Assembly (NCBI RefSeq): GCF_028641065.1
Contig: NC_073407.1
Location: forward strand, 15,066,001-15,130,000
Source of the DNA: Leucoraja erinacea
Taxonomy: Eukaryota
Reading direction: 5' to 3'
DNA length: 64,000 bases
Of this stretch, positions 50,289 through 62,684 are shown in pieces (positions within the stretch are counted from its first letter, which is position 1; each line of letters starts with the position of its first letter). Below the pieces are notes generated by a model. It did no database searches. It was given only the letters and a program-made list of their open reading frames with translations, and had not been told where the DNA came from. The position numbers and the translations under genes were made by a program.

Positions 50289-52369
50289 GTAAGACTGTGT
50301 AATTATTGATAATCCACTTCTAAATACTAGACTTAAAATATTTAGTTAATGTTTATTATGAAATTCTTCTTCTGTGCAACTACACGCAAGGAGAAAATAA
50401 TGTGAGGTCAGCAAGGTTGGAGGAATGGTGGGGTGGGGTGGGGTGGGGGGGGGGGGGGGGGGGGGGTTGAGGGTGCAGGTGTAACTGAATCAAGATAGGA
50501 GGAAATTATGACAATTGGGGAAGAATGAAGGTTTAGCTTCCTGACAACTGATGTGGCAGAATTTACATGGGTGCTGTTTGGAATGATCCATTTGCAGAAG
50601 GTAGTTGTGGTGACCAGAATATTGAATTATATTAACAATGCTGTTCTATTGATGGGAGAGGACTGCTGGTCTTCAGAATAGACCAATTGGCTGTGGAGAA
50701 AAACTAGTTTCACAACGTGATGAAGTTCAATGAAATCTGAAAGAGAGACACAAGCTTCTCCTATGCATTCCGCTTACTGAATGAAACAAACCGCTTCTAT
50801 GAGGTTTTAGTTGAACACTTTTCTACTGAGCCATGTCCACGTCCACTTTGCATTTTAAGCACTGGAAAAAGATTCTCATGAAAACTTAACATCTGTGGTT
50901 CAAAATGATTTTCTGCTCTGCTGTCAGGAGTGCTAACAAAATTATAATTACTAATATGTTTACAATGAGCATCACTTGGTAGACAATCTATAATTTTCTT
51001 TTAGCTTTGATAAACCAAAGTCTTTCCCCACATGACATCTGCTGTTATTGTGCTAGTAACACTACTGGTTCTGGTAATTCTGGTTTGGTTTGGACTGATA
51101 GTTTGACAAAATGTAGGTGGAACATTGCATTTAGATGTAGCAGGGCTGGGTTTTGGGTGAATGTAAAGGAGACCTAATGGATATTGTCTGGAAATTTAAT
51201 GAGCATTTCTAAAGCCGATGTGAGGTTTTATTTTATCCTATTTTGCCTTCTAGACTGCTTGAAAATGGCTGATACTTCAAAACAATCTAGTCTGCAAGCA
51301 ATCATTGTAAATAATTATTTTGTGAATGCAGTTAGCTGAAAGTTTAGAACACAGCACCATCTGCAGGTGGAGGAGTATTATAATGAAAATTGCCATTAAA
51401 TGTTCCTGACTAAAGTGAATTCGGAAGTGTGATTTCCCTAGAGGTCAATATTGTGATCATTGCTTACCTTGTAATGCCTATGTGATTTTGATTCAAGAAG
51501 GACAGCTTTGAAGGCATTTGATATTCTTACTTTCATTTGCGCGTAGTTAAATAATAAAGACATAGTGGGATAAGGGCCCAATGCAGGCAAATGAGAATGG
51601 CATATAGGCATTGTAGTTGGTATGAACAAATTGGGCCACAAATGATCCAATACCTGGCAACATAGTAGATAAGCAGACTTCAAGCAGTGCCTTGATTTTT
51701 CTTAAAAGTACTCTCTACTTTCTAACAAATTCTGAGCTACGTGTATGTGTCAGTGTAACTAGGCCACCTGAAATGAAGAAAGAGGTAGATGGCCATATGT
51801 AAGTGATGTAGAGTCATAATCATACATTGCAAAAACAAACCTGTTTTCCCAGTTTGTCCATGCTGACCAAGATGCCCATCTAAACTAATCCCGTAAACTA
51901 ATAGCATTTGGCCCATGTCCCTCGAAACCATGTACCTGTCGAATTGTCTTTTAGATGTTGTTATTGTACCTCCCTCAACTACTTCCTCATAGAGATTGTT
52001 CCATATGCCCACTACTCTGTGGAAGAAGTTTGATGATTGATTCCAAGACCTTTGATACATGGCCTGTATCTCTATATTGAAGTGGAATGCTGTGACCTAC
52101 GCACTGTTTTCAATGATTATTGCTCCAATCAATTTGAGAATCAAGCAAGTAGAAACTCAATATTTATCAACATGCCTCTTCCATTTTGATTTTTTACTTG
52201 ACTGGGAACATTATCACCCCAAAAACTTCCAAGCCACTTTTGGTTTAAATGGTGGCAACAAACCCATTCCCCAAATGACAAAACAATTCATCTCAATATT
52301 TAAGTATCTTCCAATTTTAATTTGACAGGTAAAGGATGGCAAAGATTGCTTCATGGGCCAATAAATGGT

Positions 52370-53480
52370 GTACAGCACTATTACTCGAGTTCTCCAACTG
52401 AGCAGTGTGTCCTTCTGCACACCATGCCTATGCTTATACTGTATACACTAATCCCATTTACCTGCATTAATACCATGTCCCTCGATGCTCTGTGAATTGA
52501 AGTGCCTGCCCAAGTGTCTTTTAAAAGTTGTTAATGTTCCTGCCTCCACCATCCCCTGTGGCAGCTCATTCAAGATTCCAGCTTCCAATTAAAAAATGTA
52601 CCCCCTGATCTCCTTTAAACCTCCTCCCTCACACCATGAACCTATATCCTCTAGTTTTAGGCACCCATGCCATGAAAAGTGAACATTGGGTATCTCTTCT
52701 ATCTATGCCCCTCATATTTAATATATTTCTATCATACCACTTAGTCTCCTCTGCTTGAGAGAAAACAGACCTAGCCTGTAAAATCTTTCTTAATAATTCA
52801 AACCAGGCAACATTCTTGTGAATCTTTTCTACACATTCTCTAGCTTGATCACATCCTTCTTGTGTGGCGACCAGCATTCTCCTTCCGCTCTCCGCTCCTT
52901 CAACGTCAGCAGTGAGATGCTGCAGATGTTCTACCAATCAGTGGTAGTCAGTGCCAGCTTCTTCACTGTCGTGTGCTGAGGCAGAAGGCGAAGGCTGCGG
53001 ACGCCAATAGGATCAACAAACTCATCAGGAAGCCTGGATCCGTCCTGGGGGCTGAGTTGGATTCATGTGAGGTGGTCTTGGAGGGGAGGATGCTCCTCAA
53101 ACTGTGGAGCATCCTGGACAATACAGCTCACACCCTCCATGACACGCTAGTCAACCTGAAGAGTACCTTCAACAACAGACTGGTTCCACCAAGGTGCAGG
53201 ACAGAACGCCACAGGAGATCCTTCTTCCCTGTGGCTATCAAACATTAGAACTCCTCCCCCCTTCTGTCGTGAAGTAGACTGAGACTGACTCTCCTCCCCA
53301 CCTCCTCAATCTTTGCACATCCCCAAAACCTTTCGACTCGTCACTTTAATTTTATGTTTCACGGAATTTTGTGTTTTTTCCCCTCCTGGGATAAATGAAG
53401 TTCTACCGTATCATATCGTAATATTCCAAGTGCAACCTAACCAACGTTTTGTACAACTGTAACATGATACCCAACTCCTC
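52370..53480 (-). mobile_element. CR1 fragment (-) split by a nested plus-strand Rex1-type LINE 3' end (~52880-53420)
   Basis: CR1 sequence resumes after the insert; insert ORF ends PRCRTERHRRSFFPVAIK. Confidence 0.65.
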
Positions 53481-54268
53481 ACCACCTATATACTTCACTT
53501 TAGTTTAGAGATAAAGCGCGGAAAGAGGCTCTTCGGGGGAGAACGTTCAAGCTACAAGCTTCGTACAGACAGCACCCAGTAGTCAGGATCTAACTCGGGT
53601 CTCCAGCACTGCAAGCGCTGTATGGCAGCAATTTTACCACTGTACCACCATGCCACCCTTCAATTAACGTTTACAGGGAACTATGTACCATCAAGCTTGC
53701 CGTTACTTCAGCCCCTTTTTCTACTTCATCTGCACAAACCTCCCTTGCACCCCTTTAAAATGTTCTCCCTACAATCATCATCCACACCTCACCCTACCCA
53801 ACATACACCATTCCAAAATCAACCCTAAGAAATATTGGGATTTTTGTCACAATTCATTTGAACAGTTATTTAGCTCAACTGCGATGAAGAATTTTGTCTC
53901 TGGTTCAATGATCAATGGTGGTTTGTTTGTATATAAACGCACAGTGAAATTCTTTTTTTGCAAACAGCTCAGTGAAGTATTGCCATACCTAAGCACAATC
54001 CCTGATTAGCAAAGTGTACGGAAATAGTCCACTGAGACCGCATACAAGAGGCGCCAATTTTGGCGCCATTTTCAGGTCCAGTCCACGCTCTTGATCTTAT
54101 GAGCGGCACTAATTCCTACTGCCAAATGCTTGAAAATATTAAGCAAAGGGTATGTTCATATCACATTTGTCTTTAAAACACGTCTAAAATGTTTGACCAC
54201 AATGCTGATAGTATTGAATAGTATTCAATACTATCAGCATAGTATTGAATAGTATTCAAAATAGTATT

Positions 54269-54476
54269 CAAAAAAGCTGGAGAAACTAGCGAAGGAAATA
54301 GGCAACGTTTCGGGCCGAAACCCTTCTTCAGACTGAAGACTTCGGTCTGAAGAAGAGTTTCGGCCCGAAACGTTGCCTATTTCCTTCACTCCATAGATGC
54401 TGCTGCACCCGCTGAGTTTCTCCAGCTTTTTTGTGTACCTTCGATTCTCCAGCATCTGCAGTTCCTTCTTAAACAC
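54269..54476. mobile_element. Palindromic Penelope-like element with hammerhead cores on both strands and a 14-bp TSD
   Basis: Inverted arms centred at ~54339. TTCAAAATAGTATT at 54255-54268 and 54477-54490. Confidence 0.8.
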
Positions 54477-55277
54477 TTCAAAATAGTATTGATGTTTGTG
54501 GAATAGAAATGTGGCACTAAATTGTTTTTATCACAATAATAACAAAAATACAAACAAGTACCAAATTTACTTGGTCTTCATCAGTCTGAGACAAACGGGG
54601 TGGTTCCTGGATGGCAGCTTGCAAGTCAAGCAATTCCTTTCTGCCTGTTTCAGTGGTTCAAGATATTAAGATATTAAGCCCTGAGACTGCTAGAGGACAC
54701 GAGATTCATCTGACTCGCCCAGTGAAACTGATCAAAACATCTCCTTGCTGTTTGAGATACCTTGTTGTGGGGGAAACAACTGCTGCATTTAATTACATCA
54801 CGTGGTATTTTGCCATTCATCCTCGGTAAAGCTCTTGGGGATGTTCCTAAGACATGCTGAGGTATTCTGCAAATACAGACTATATTTTAATTCGGTGACA
54901 TGTTCTATTATTACCCAGGCCTTTTAGCCATGAAATACAATGGTAAGAAACATTCTTTTCTCCATGAAAATGAAGGTTGGAGATTGTATTTGATAAAACA
55001 TTGTTGCTGGGGTCCAAACAATTGTAATCTGTGTGATCAGGCTCATTCAGAATGAGAAAAGATGTGAAAACAACATGTTCTGCTTTGTGACTGACATTCC
55101 ACTCTAATGAGTAAAAGGAAGTGGGTCAGTTCCGTGACCTGACTGAAAAGAGGAGCCACAAGAAAGATGAAAGAATGATTAACCCAGTGGGACAGAACAC
55201 AAAGAAAGGAAGTTTAGGTTGGTTTCCATTTGCTTCAAACGTATTACTCAACAGTTCTTTATTTTAACCAAATTTAG

Positions 55278-55398
55278 GTCTTGAAATGTGAAGAATTGCA
55301 GGTGATCGCAGAGCTCTGTGTAAAACACAATGCCTTGTGTATTAGTGATGAGGTGTATGAATGGCTCGTGTATGATGCAAATGAACACAAGCGAATTG
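55278..55398 (+). CDS. KYAT1: KYAT1 core coding exon 6 (VLKCEELQVIAELC...ISDEVYEWLVY...HKRI)
   Basis: TTTAG| ... G|GTAAGA; 121 nt; SDEVY PLP-binding motif. Confidence 0.95.
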
Positions 55399-55845
55399 GT
55401 AAGAAAGCACGTGTGTAACTGCAGGTATTAATAGTTTCAGAAAATAAGTAATGTTTAAATTGGGTTTACTTATAATTGAACTGGTTTCTATTATAGAACA
55501 TAGAACAGTACATCACAATGGACAGCCCCATGGCCCACAAAGTTTATGCTGAACATGATTCCAAGTTGAGCTAATCTCCTATGCTTGCATTTCCGTGTAA
55601 ACGCCTCTTAAAAGCCACTATCCTGTCTCCCTCCACCTCCACTCGTGATAGTGCCTTCCTCTGTAGTGAATAGATCTATCCCACCCATCTACATTAATTT
55701 TGTCCCTCTCACCTTAAAGCTATGCCCTTTAGTCTTTGACAATTCCACCCTGAGGAAAAAAGGTTCCATCTACCCTATCCATGCGCCTCATAATTTTATA
55801 TTATTCCACTCTGTTTAAGAGTTATTCAGTTTTGATAATCTAGAA

Positions 55846-56069
55846 CAGGGGTTCCCAACCTTGTTTGTCCCATTTACCCCTGGCAACTTTAATGGCATGT
55901 TATTAATAGCAGTTATTTTACTTATTTATGAACAACTTATGATGAACAGATACCACCAAACACAGCCAATGAGAAGAAATATGTACAAATCCAGAATCAA
56001 CAAATTTACCCCCTGGGTCAGTGAAATTTACCCCCTGGGGGTAAATTTAACCCAGGTTGGAAACCCTTG
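55846..56069. mobile_element. hAT (Charlie-type) MITE, 224 bp, 8-bp TSD ATCTAGAA
   Basis: TIRs CAGGGGTTCCCAACCT / AGGTTGGAAACCCTTG. TSD at 55838-55845 and 56070-56077. Confidence 0.85.
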
Positions 56070-56514
56070 ATCTAGAAGATTATAGAAAACAGATTCTGTC
56101 TGTTATCGCAGAAATGTATGTTTGAGGAAGGCTCTCTTGACTGAACCGATAAAAGCACCTCCAGTAAGCACAACACACTATCTCCAACAACACTAAATCA
56201 CTAAGTTATGTTCTGCCATTTCTCTTCTTTATTAATCTAGCACTAAATGTCCAATATTATCCTTTTTGCTGAGACCTCAAATTGCATTTCTCTACTTCTT
56301 GGAAATTAAGGCTCTTTACCCTCAAGCCCAAGTCATTTAATATATATTAAGAAAAGCAGTTTCCCTCACAGACCCCTGTACATTCTCCCTGCATTCTTAT
56401 AAACAGCTGTTCCTTACAATTGTTTTCTGTCACTCAACTATTGTTCTATTGATGAGCTGCAAATCTTATTCCATTCTTCCTTCCAAACATATTGACACAC
56501 ACTCACACTCTTTA

Positions 56515-56679
56515 GGGCCTGTCCCACTTGGGTGTCATTTGCGCGTTACGCAGGTGGCGTGCGAGGATTTTGAGCATCCCACTACATAATTGCATGCCAT
56601 GTGTGCGTCACGATGCGCCAACCAATTTTTAGGATGTCGTGTAAATGGCGCGCAATTGACGCCCAAGTGGGACAGGCCC
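56515..56679. mobile_element. 165-bp MITE with the same PIF/Harbinger-like TIRs as the 22.8 kb copy
   Basis: GGGCCTGTCCCACTTGGGTGTCATTTGCGCG / CGCGCAATTGACGCCCAAGTGGGACAGGCCC. Confidence 0.8.
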
Positions 56680-58247
56680 TTTACCTCCCTCACTTCCCAA
56701 GTTTCTGAACATGTCCTTTGACAGCTTGTAGGATGCTGATGTGTGCCAGAGTTTGTCTTTCATTAATCTTGGGTATTGAGATGATACTGTAAATCAGGAA
56801 GAGCAATCTTTGTGGCTTTGCAGGAAGCTTGATGATGAAGAATCAATGTTTAACTTGCCTCACTTCAGTTATCTTACAATAGTCAAAAGTGTGTTTTATT
56901 GTCATATGTTCCAGATAGAACAATGAAATTCTTACTTGCAACAGCACAACATAATATGGAAACATAGTATAAACGATATAATAAACGAGAGAAAAAAGAA
57001 CTATATACACATACTCACAAATACACATACACATATTATAAACTCATACACACACACATACGTACACATAAATAAAACCTGATAATAGTGCAATAATAAC
57101 AATAATAGTCTATGTAGTTCAGAGCTTATTTGAGGTTGTAGTGTGTAATGGCAATAGGGAAGAGGATGATCCTGAACACTACAGTTTTCAGGTTCCTGTA
57201 TCTTCTTCCTGGTGGCAGGGGTGAAATGAGTGTGGCTAGTCTCTGATTATGCTGGCTGCCTTTTTGTGGCTGCGATTCTGGTAAATCCCTTCGATGGTGG
57301 TCCAGCATTTCTTCCTGCTGGACCAGAGCAATGGTGCTTCTCAAATTATTTGTTTCCTACCTCCTATAACAGAAACATTTCCATGGACAGTTTCTGTTTT
57401 CTTCCCATGGGGTCACTGCATGAAATCCTTCTTTGCTCCCTCCTCTGTATCCAGCTGCTGACGACAGAATTCCTAGCTGCAAGGTTAATCAAAGACTTGT
57501 CCCACCAAAGTAATTTCATTTTTCTCCCTGCTCCCATTTAAAGAAAGTTGAAAGCATACACCACTAGTCACAGAAACAGCATTTTCCCCTCGGTTATCAT
57601 GTTTCTGAATGGTCCTTCCATAGGCTAGAGTACTGTCCAATTCACCTCTAGCCCATTGGACTTTGTCTATAGAACTAATGTGCCACAATGGTGAGAACTA
57701 TATTTTGCCCTCTGTATCTTCCCCTTTGCTCTATCTATTGTACTTGAGTTTGACTTGAATGTATATATTTATAGTATTATCTGATCTGTTTGAAGAGCAT
57801 GCAGAACAATTTTTTTTACCATAGCTCTGTATGCGTGACAATAATAAACCTAATCCTAAGGTTGGCTTACACTTAACTCTTTCAACTACTTTGTATGTAC
57901 GTATATTCTATTTGTCAGCTTGCCCGATCATCCAATTTTGAATACATTCCTCTTATTGTGGAAAACTGAAACCCATTATCTTTAGCTCCAACCAAGCTCC
58001 GTTCTTTAGTAATTTAAGTGTCCTCTCTACTGAGGCAATTCTGGCTTTTGGGTTGACCCGAACTTTGCATGATATATACTGCTTTCATCTCCACAGATCT
58101 GCTGCTTCTGTCTGTGGGCCACCCCTTACTTTCAAGCTGAAGTGGGAGCACACTCTGCAGATTCAGTAACTCCACTGTGGTCTCTTAGTGGTCTCTCCTT
58201 CCCCATCATTAATACCTGGTTAGCGGTCACTTTCTTTCATAGACTTA

Positions 58248-58840
58248 GTCATAGTCATAGAGTGATACAGTGTGGAAACAGGCCCTTCGGTCGAACTTGC
58301 CCACACCAGCCAACAATGTCCCAGCTACGCTAGTCCCACTTGCCTGCGCTTGGTCCATATCCCTCCAAACCTGTCCTGTCCTATCCATGTACCTGTCTGT
58401 TTCTTAAACGATGGGATAGTCCCAGCCTCAACTACCTCCCCTGGCAGCTAGTTGCATACACCCACCACCCTTTGTGTGAAAAAGTTACCCCTCGGATTCC
58501 TATCAAATCTTTTCCCCATCATCTGTGTCATCTGGTCCTCGATACCCCTACTCTGGGCAAGAGACTCTGTGCATCTACCCGATCTATTCCTCTCATGATT
58601 CTGTACACCTCTATTAGATCACCCCTCATCCTCCTGCATTCCATGGAATAGAGACCAAGTCTACTCAACCCTTCCCTATACCTCTAGTCCTGGCAACATC
58701 CTCGTAAATCTTTTCTGAACCCTCTCAAGCTCGACAATATCTTTCCTATAACATGATGCCCAGAACTAAACACAATATTTTAGATGCGGTCTCACCAACA
58801 TCTTCTACAATTGCAACATGACCTCCAACTTCAATACTCT
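58248..58840 (-). mobile_element. CR1-type LINE 3' fragment
   Basis: (AGTCAT)n tail; RMRGDLIEVYRIMRGIDRVDAQSLLP on the minus strand. Confidence 0.75.
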
Positions 58841-59502
58841 TGGCTATTCTGCATTGGAGTCTTAGCCACCACAGCATTAGTTTCAAAATGGATCTTTACC
58901 TTTCCCTACATCTGCAGCCTTGCACAGCAATGCATCACCTCTTCCTGACACTGGGATTTTATGCAGTATCCATCTTTCTTTGTCCTCATCCTACCCACCA
59001 AACACAGAATCCTCAGCTCCCGATTCATGCTCTGGAATTTCTTCAGCCTTTTTCAAAACCCATAAATCTTTCTCTTTTAATCTCTCTGTTATCACATCCA
59101 CTCTCTCCTGTTCTGGGACTGGTTACACCTGCTTCCCTGGAGTAGTATTAAGTTAAACGTGCTCTGTAAAGGCAAATTAATTCCTGTATTTGATTTGAAC
59201 CAATGAATTATATGAAGTGTGATCCAATTATCTGTGGGCGAGTACAACTTGATTTGCCACATTTTAGCGAAGTAATATTTCTTGAGATTCCCCTATAATG
59301 CAGGGCCTACTAATAACATGCACTCTTTGTAAAATCTGTTTGCACAGATGTAAATTGGGTTCTGCTAGTACACTTATGCAAATATACAAATCTGCTAATG
59401 TACTAAGGCACCGTATTGACGTGGAGACATGCAATATTCACCCTTTGTTCTTTCGACACTGCTATACCTCTAATTAGCTGCTTTTTATATTTGCAATCCT
59501 AG

Positions 59503-59579
59503 CCAGCATGCCAGGGATGTGGGAGCGAACAGTCACTGTTGGAAGTGGAGGAAAAACATTCAGTGCTACAGGATGGAAG
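59503..59579 (+). CDS. KYAT1: KYAT1 core coding exon 7 (ASMPGMWERTVTVGSGGKTFSATGWK; PLP lysine)
   Basis: CCTAG| ... AAG|GTGAGG; 77 nt; S-x-G-K-T-F-S-A-T-G-W motif. Confidence 0.95.
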
Positions 59580-59620
59580 GTGAGGTTAGCGAAAGTTTTA
59601 AAATTGAATAGCATACTTAA

Positions 59621-60026
59621 GCCCCTGTCCCACTTTCACGACCTAATTGGCGAGTTTGCCAGTTTGTCCTTAAAAATGTGTGGTCTCCGCGTACTCGTGG
59701 CCTCAAGTAGGTGGCGGTGTTTTTTCTCGCCTGATAAAAAATGTCCATGAGTAAAAAAAGGTTGGCATGGAAAAAATTGATACTTTTTACTCGGAGGTAG
59801 GTCGTAGTAGGTCGTGATGGGTGGAATGCAAACATGACATAATTTTATCATGTGATCATTTTCCACTCATAGCTTGTCATAGTTGGTCTTAGGTGTGGAA
59901 GACTAAGGTCGAGGGGGGTCGTAGGAGATCTTTTACTTTGGCGAGTCAACACTACCTTGACATTTTTTTCAATTCGTCTAAGGTCTTCTAAACTCGTAGA
60001 TTAGGTCGTCCAAGTGGGACAGTCCA
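59621..60026. mobile_element. MITE of the 22.8/23.5 kb family
   Basis: CCTGTCCCACTTTCACGACCTAATT / TTAGGTCGTCCAAGTGGGACAG; TTAA on both sides. Confidence 0.7.
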
Positions 60027-60471
60027 TTAACTCTCCTTGGAGCTAATTAGTGAAGTTTACTTATGGGTGGCTGTTCACAACTCGATATACACCAGGTTGT
60101 AATGGGATTCCTTGTTCACATTAAATTTATACTATGCATAACTGAATAACAGAATGAGAATAAAATTAAGAGTGAGAGTGTATGGCAGGAAGGGGATGAG
60201 AAAGATGTGATTGGTTCAGGAGTCTGATGGCAGTGAGGAAGAAGCTGTTCTTAACACTGGATTAAAAATCATTTCACAAGTTTGCTAATTTAGAAACTTT
60301 AAAGTTTAGTTTGTGATGAAGCATGTTATTTATGCCTGTGGAATAAAATGAATTAATTTAAGTAGGAATTCAATACAAAATATGTTAAGAACTATTTACA
60401 TTTGAAGTTCTAAAATACTGACAGATGTCCTGTTACAGATTTTACATCACTCTGTACACAATTAATTGTAG

Positions 60472-60561
60472 ATTGGATGGGCTATTGGACATAAAGACAT
60501 TATCAAACACTTACAGACAGTCCATCAGAACTCGATATACCATTGTACTACTGGACCACAG
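60472..60561 (+). CDS. KYAT1: KYAT1 core coding exon 8 (IGWAIGHKDIIKHLQTVHQNSIYHCTTGPQ)
   Basis: TTGTAG| ... CAG|GTGAGA; 90 nt. Confidence 0.93.
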
Positions 60562-61326
60562 GTGAGAAATACTGAAAGCATTGTTTTTCACATTTGTAAG
60601 TGGATCTGTGGAGGGATTGGATAGGCGATATTTTGGGTTGAGAACTTTCTTCAGGACAGATGATCATCGACTATTGTCCAAACATGACATTTCTAACTTC
60701 TCATTGCCCAAACCAACACCAACCATCTTTTATTTCACTCCTCTCATCTTTTGTTTTCACTCATTGCCTCTCGCCACCCACACTACCCAATCTGATGTAT
60801 TTTTGTTCTAATGCTAAAAGAGCCCATTAACACTTTGTTTTGTAATTAGATACAAGTTGCAAAGACCTAATGATTAAATATCTATAAATGTGATTAACTG
60901 GAGTCTATAATCGGGTAGAATTACAAAATAGATAACAAAATGGATAACAATCATTCAGGGATTATTTTGAAGAACTGTATACATTAATTTGAAGAACTGT
61001 ATACAGGTAAGTAAGAGCAAAATCAGATGCTTGGGTCAGATCTACCCTTCTATTTTCATCAGCGGGTCACATTAGTAGAGCAGTTAATAATACTTCTTGC
61101 CTTGGAGTTGCAGTTTCAAGAGTCGGCATTCCAAATGTATCACTGGTTAATTCTAAAGGAGATAAGAGTTGGCTCCCTCCATACCTTCCCAAGATCAATC
61201 TTTAGTTTTGTTGTAAAGACAGTTGTATGACACAATATAATAATAGCTATTGATTTTAAAATGTTAAGTAAAACTGCATTGAATGGGAGTGCACTTCTAA
61301 AATCAAATTACATTTTGTCCTGATAG

Positions 61327-61513
61327 CAAGCAGTGGCGGAGGGATTTGAGAAAGAATTTGAACTTCTGGGAGCACCAGAAAGTTATTTCATCAGTTTGCG
61401 TAAGGAGTTGCAATTGAAGCGTGATCGCCTTGCTGCCTGTCTTGCCTCAGTGGGGTTGAAGCCAATTATCCCTGAGGGTGGCTACTTCTTGATGGCCGAC
61501 ATCTCAGAAGTCA
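61327..61513 (+). CDS. KYAT1: KYAT1 core coding exon 9 (QAVAEGFEKE...GLKPIIPEGGYFLMADISEV)
   Basis: GATAG| ... A|GTGAGT; 187 nt. Confidence 0.95.
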
Positions 61514-61941
61514 GTGAGTAATCCTTTGGACCTTTCATAAGCTATTAAATAGGTTGATCTAATTTGCTTTAAATGGTAACTGTAATAGCTGGGTAGATGT
61601 TGTTCTATGAAACACACATGAAATACACTCCTATAGAAACAAGATATCCATTTTAATTTAATTTTGGTTCTAACTGCTTTGTTATTTTAAAGTATTATTC
61701 TCCCTTAATCATGCATTCTTTGAGCATGAGAGTGGTGACTAGCTGCACCTTAATTATGGTCATAAAAGTAGATGATGTTGGGAACAGAGTTTTGTAGTTT
61801 CTCTCTTTGCTTTCTCAAGCAAGGAACGTTTGGCCACCACTGATGTGTTTTGTGAGTTTTGCACGTGCATAAATAGGATAAGATGGAATTGGACAGATTA
61901 TGTCTTCTGAAATGTCTGACTTTTTTGCATTTTTCCATCAG

Positions 61942-62018
61942 ATGTTGACCTGCCAGAATGCACCAAGACCGAGCAGCCATATGATCATAGGTTTGTGAAG
62001 TGGCTCACAATCAATAAG
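61942..62018 (+). CDS. KYAT1: KYAT1 core coding exon 10 (NVDLPECTKTEQPYDHRFVKWLTINK)
   Basis: TTTTTCCATCAG| ... AAG|GTAGGG; 77 nt. Confidence 0.93.
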
Positions 62019-62177
62019 GTAGGGAGCTGTAAAATGGAGTGTAGCTGACTCAAATTTGTAATTATTCCTGAATGTGAATATATGTAGATGTTTTCTTCTG
62101 AGCAGCTTTCTGTTAGATATTATGTCCACTATGAGGATATGCAAAATCTTCTTGAGATTTTCAATAGATATGCATGG

Positions 62178-62684
62178 CTGATCTATATCGGTGAGACCAA
62201 GCGGAGGTTGGGCGATCGTTTCGCCGAACACCTCCGCTCGGTCCGCAATAACCAAGCTGACCTCCTTGTGGCTCAGCACTTCAACTCCCCCTCCCACTCC
62301 GTCTCCGACCTCTCTGTCCTGGGTCTCCTCCATGGCCACAGCGAGCAGCACCGGAAATTGGACGAACAGCACCTCGTATTCCGTTTGGGGAGTCTGCATC
62401 CTGGGGGCATGAACATCGAATTCTCCCAATTTTGTTAGTCCTTGCTGTCTCCTCCCCTACCTCAGTCCCCCTGCTGTCTCCTCCCATCCCCCAGCCTTCG
62501 GGCTCCTCCTCCTTTTTCCTTTCTTCTCCCCGCCCACCCCCGCCCCCGATCAGTCTGAAGAAGGGTTTCGGTCCGAAACGTTGCCTATTTCCTTCGCTCC
62601 ATAGATGCTGCTGCATCTGCTGAGTTTCTCCAGCTTTTTTGTGTAACCCTCGATTCTCCAGCATCTGCAGTTCCTTCTTAAACA
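62178..62684 (+). mobile_element. Penelope-like retroelement 3' end: GIY-YIG endonuclease C-terminus plus pseudo-LTR
   Basis: LIYIGETKRRLGDRFAEHLRSV...VAQHFN...LGSLHPGGMNIEF, then a C-rich UTR and the terminal repeat ending TTCTTAAACA. Confidence 0.88.
62551..62588 (+). ncRNA. Minimal type-I hammerhead ribozyme motif (Penelope-associated)
   Basis: CTGAAGA (62555-62561)-A-GGGT/TTCG/GTCC (helix II)-GAAA-CGTT with palindromic AACGTT helix III. Helix I is weak. Confidence 0.55.

Noticed and set aside
50428-50466. G-run / G-quadruplex as a functional element
   Set aside because: Simple homopolymer, common in this sequence, with no supporting context.
54035-54110. Small hairpin with GGCGCCAATTTTGGCGCC as a miRNA or regulatory RNA
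   Set aside because: Stem too imperfect; more likely a tiny DNA-transposon remnant.
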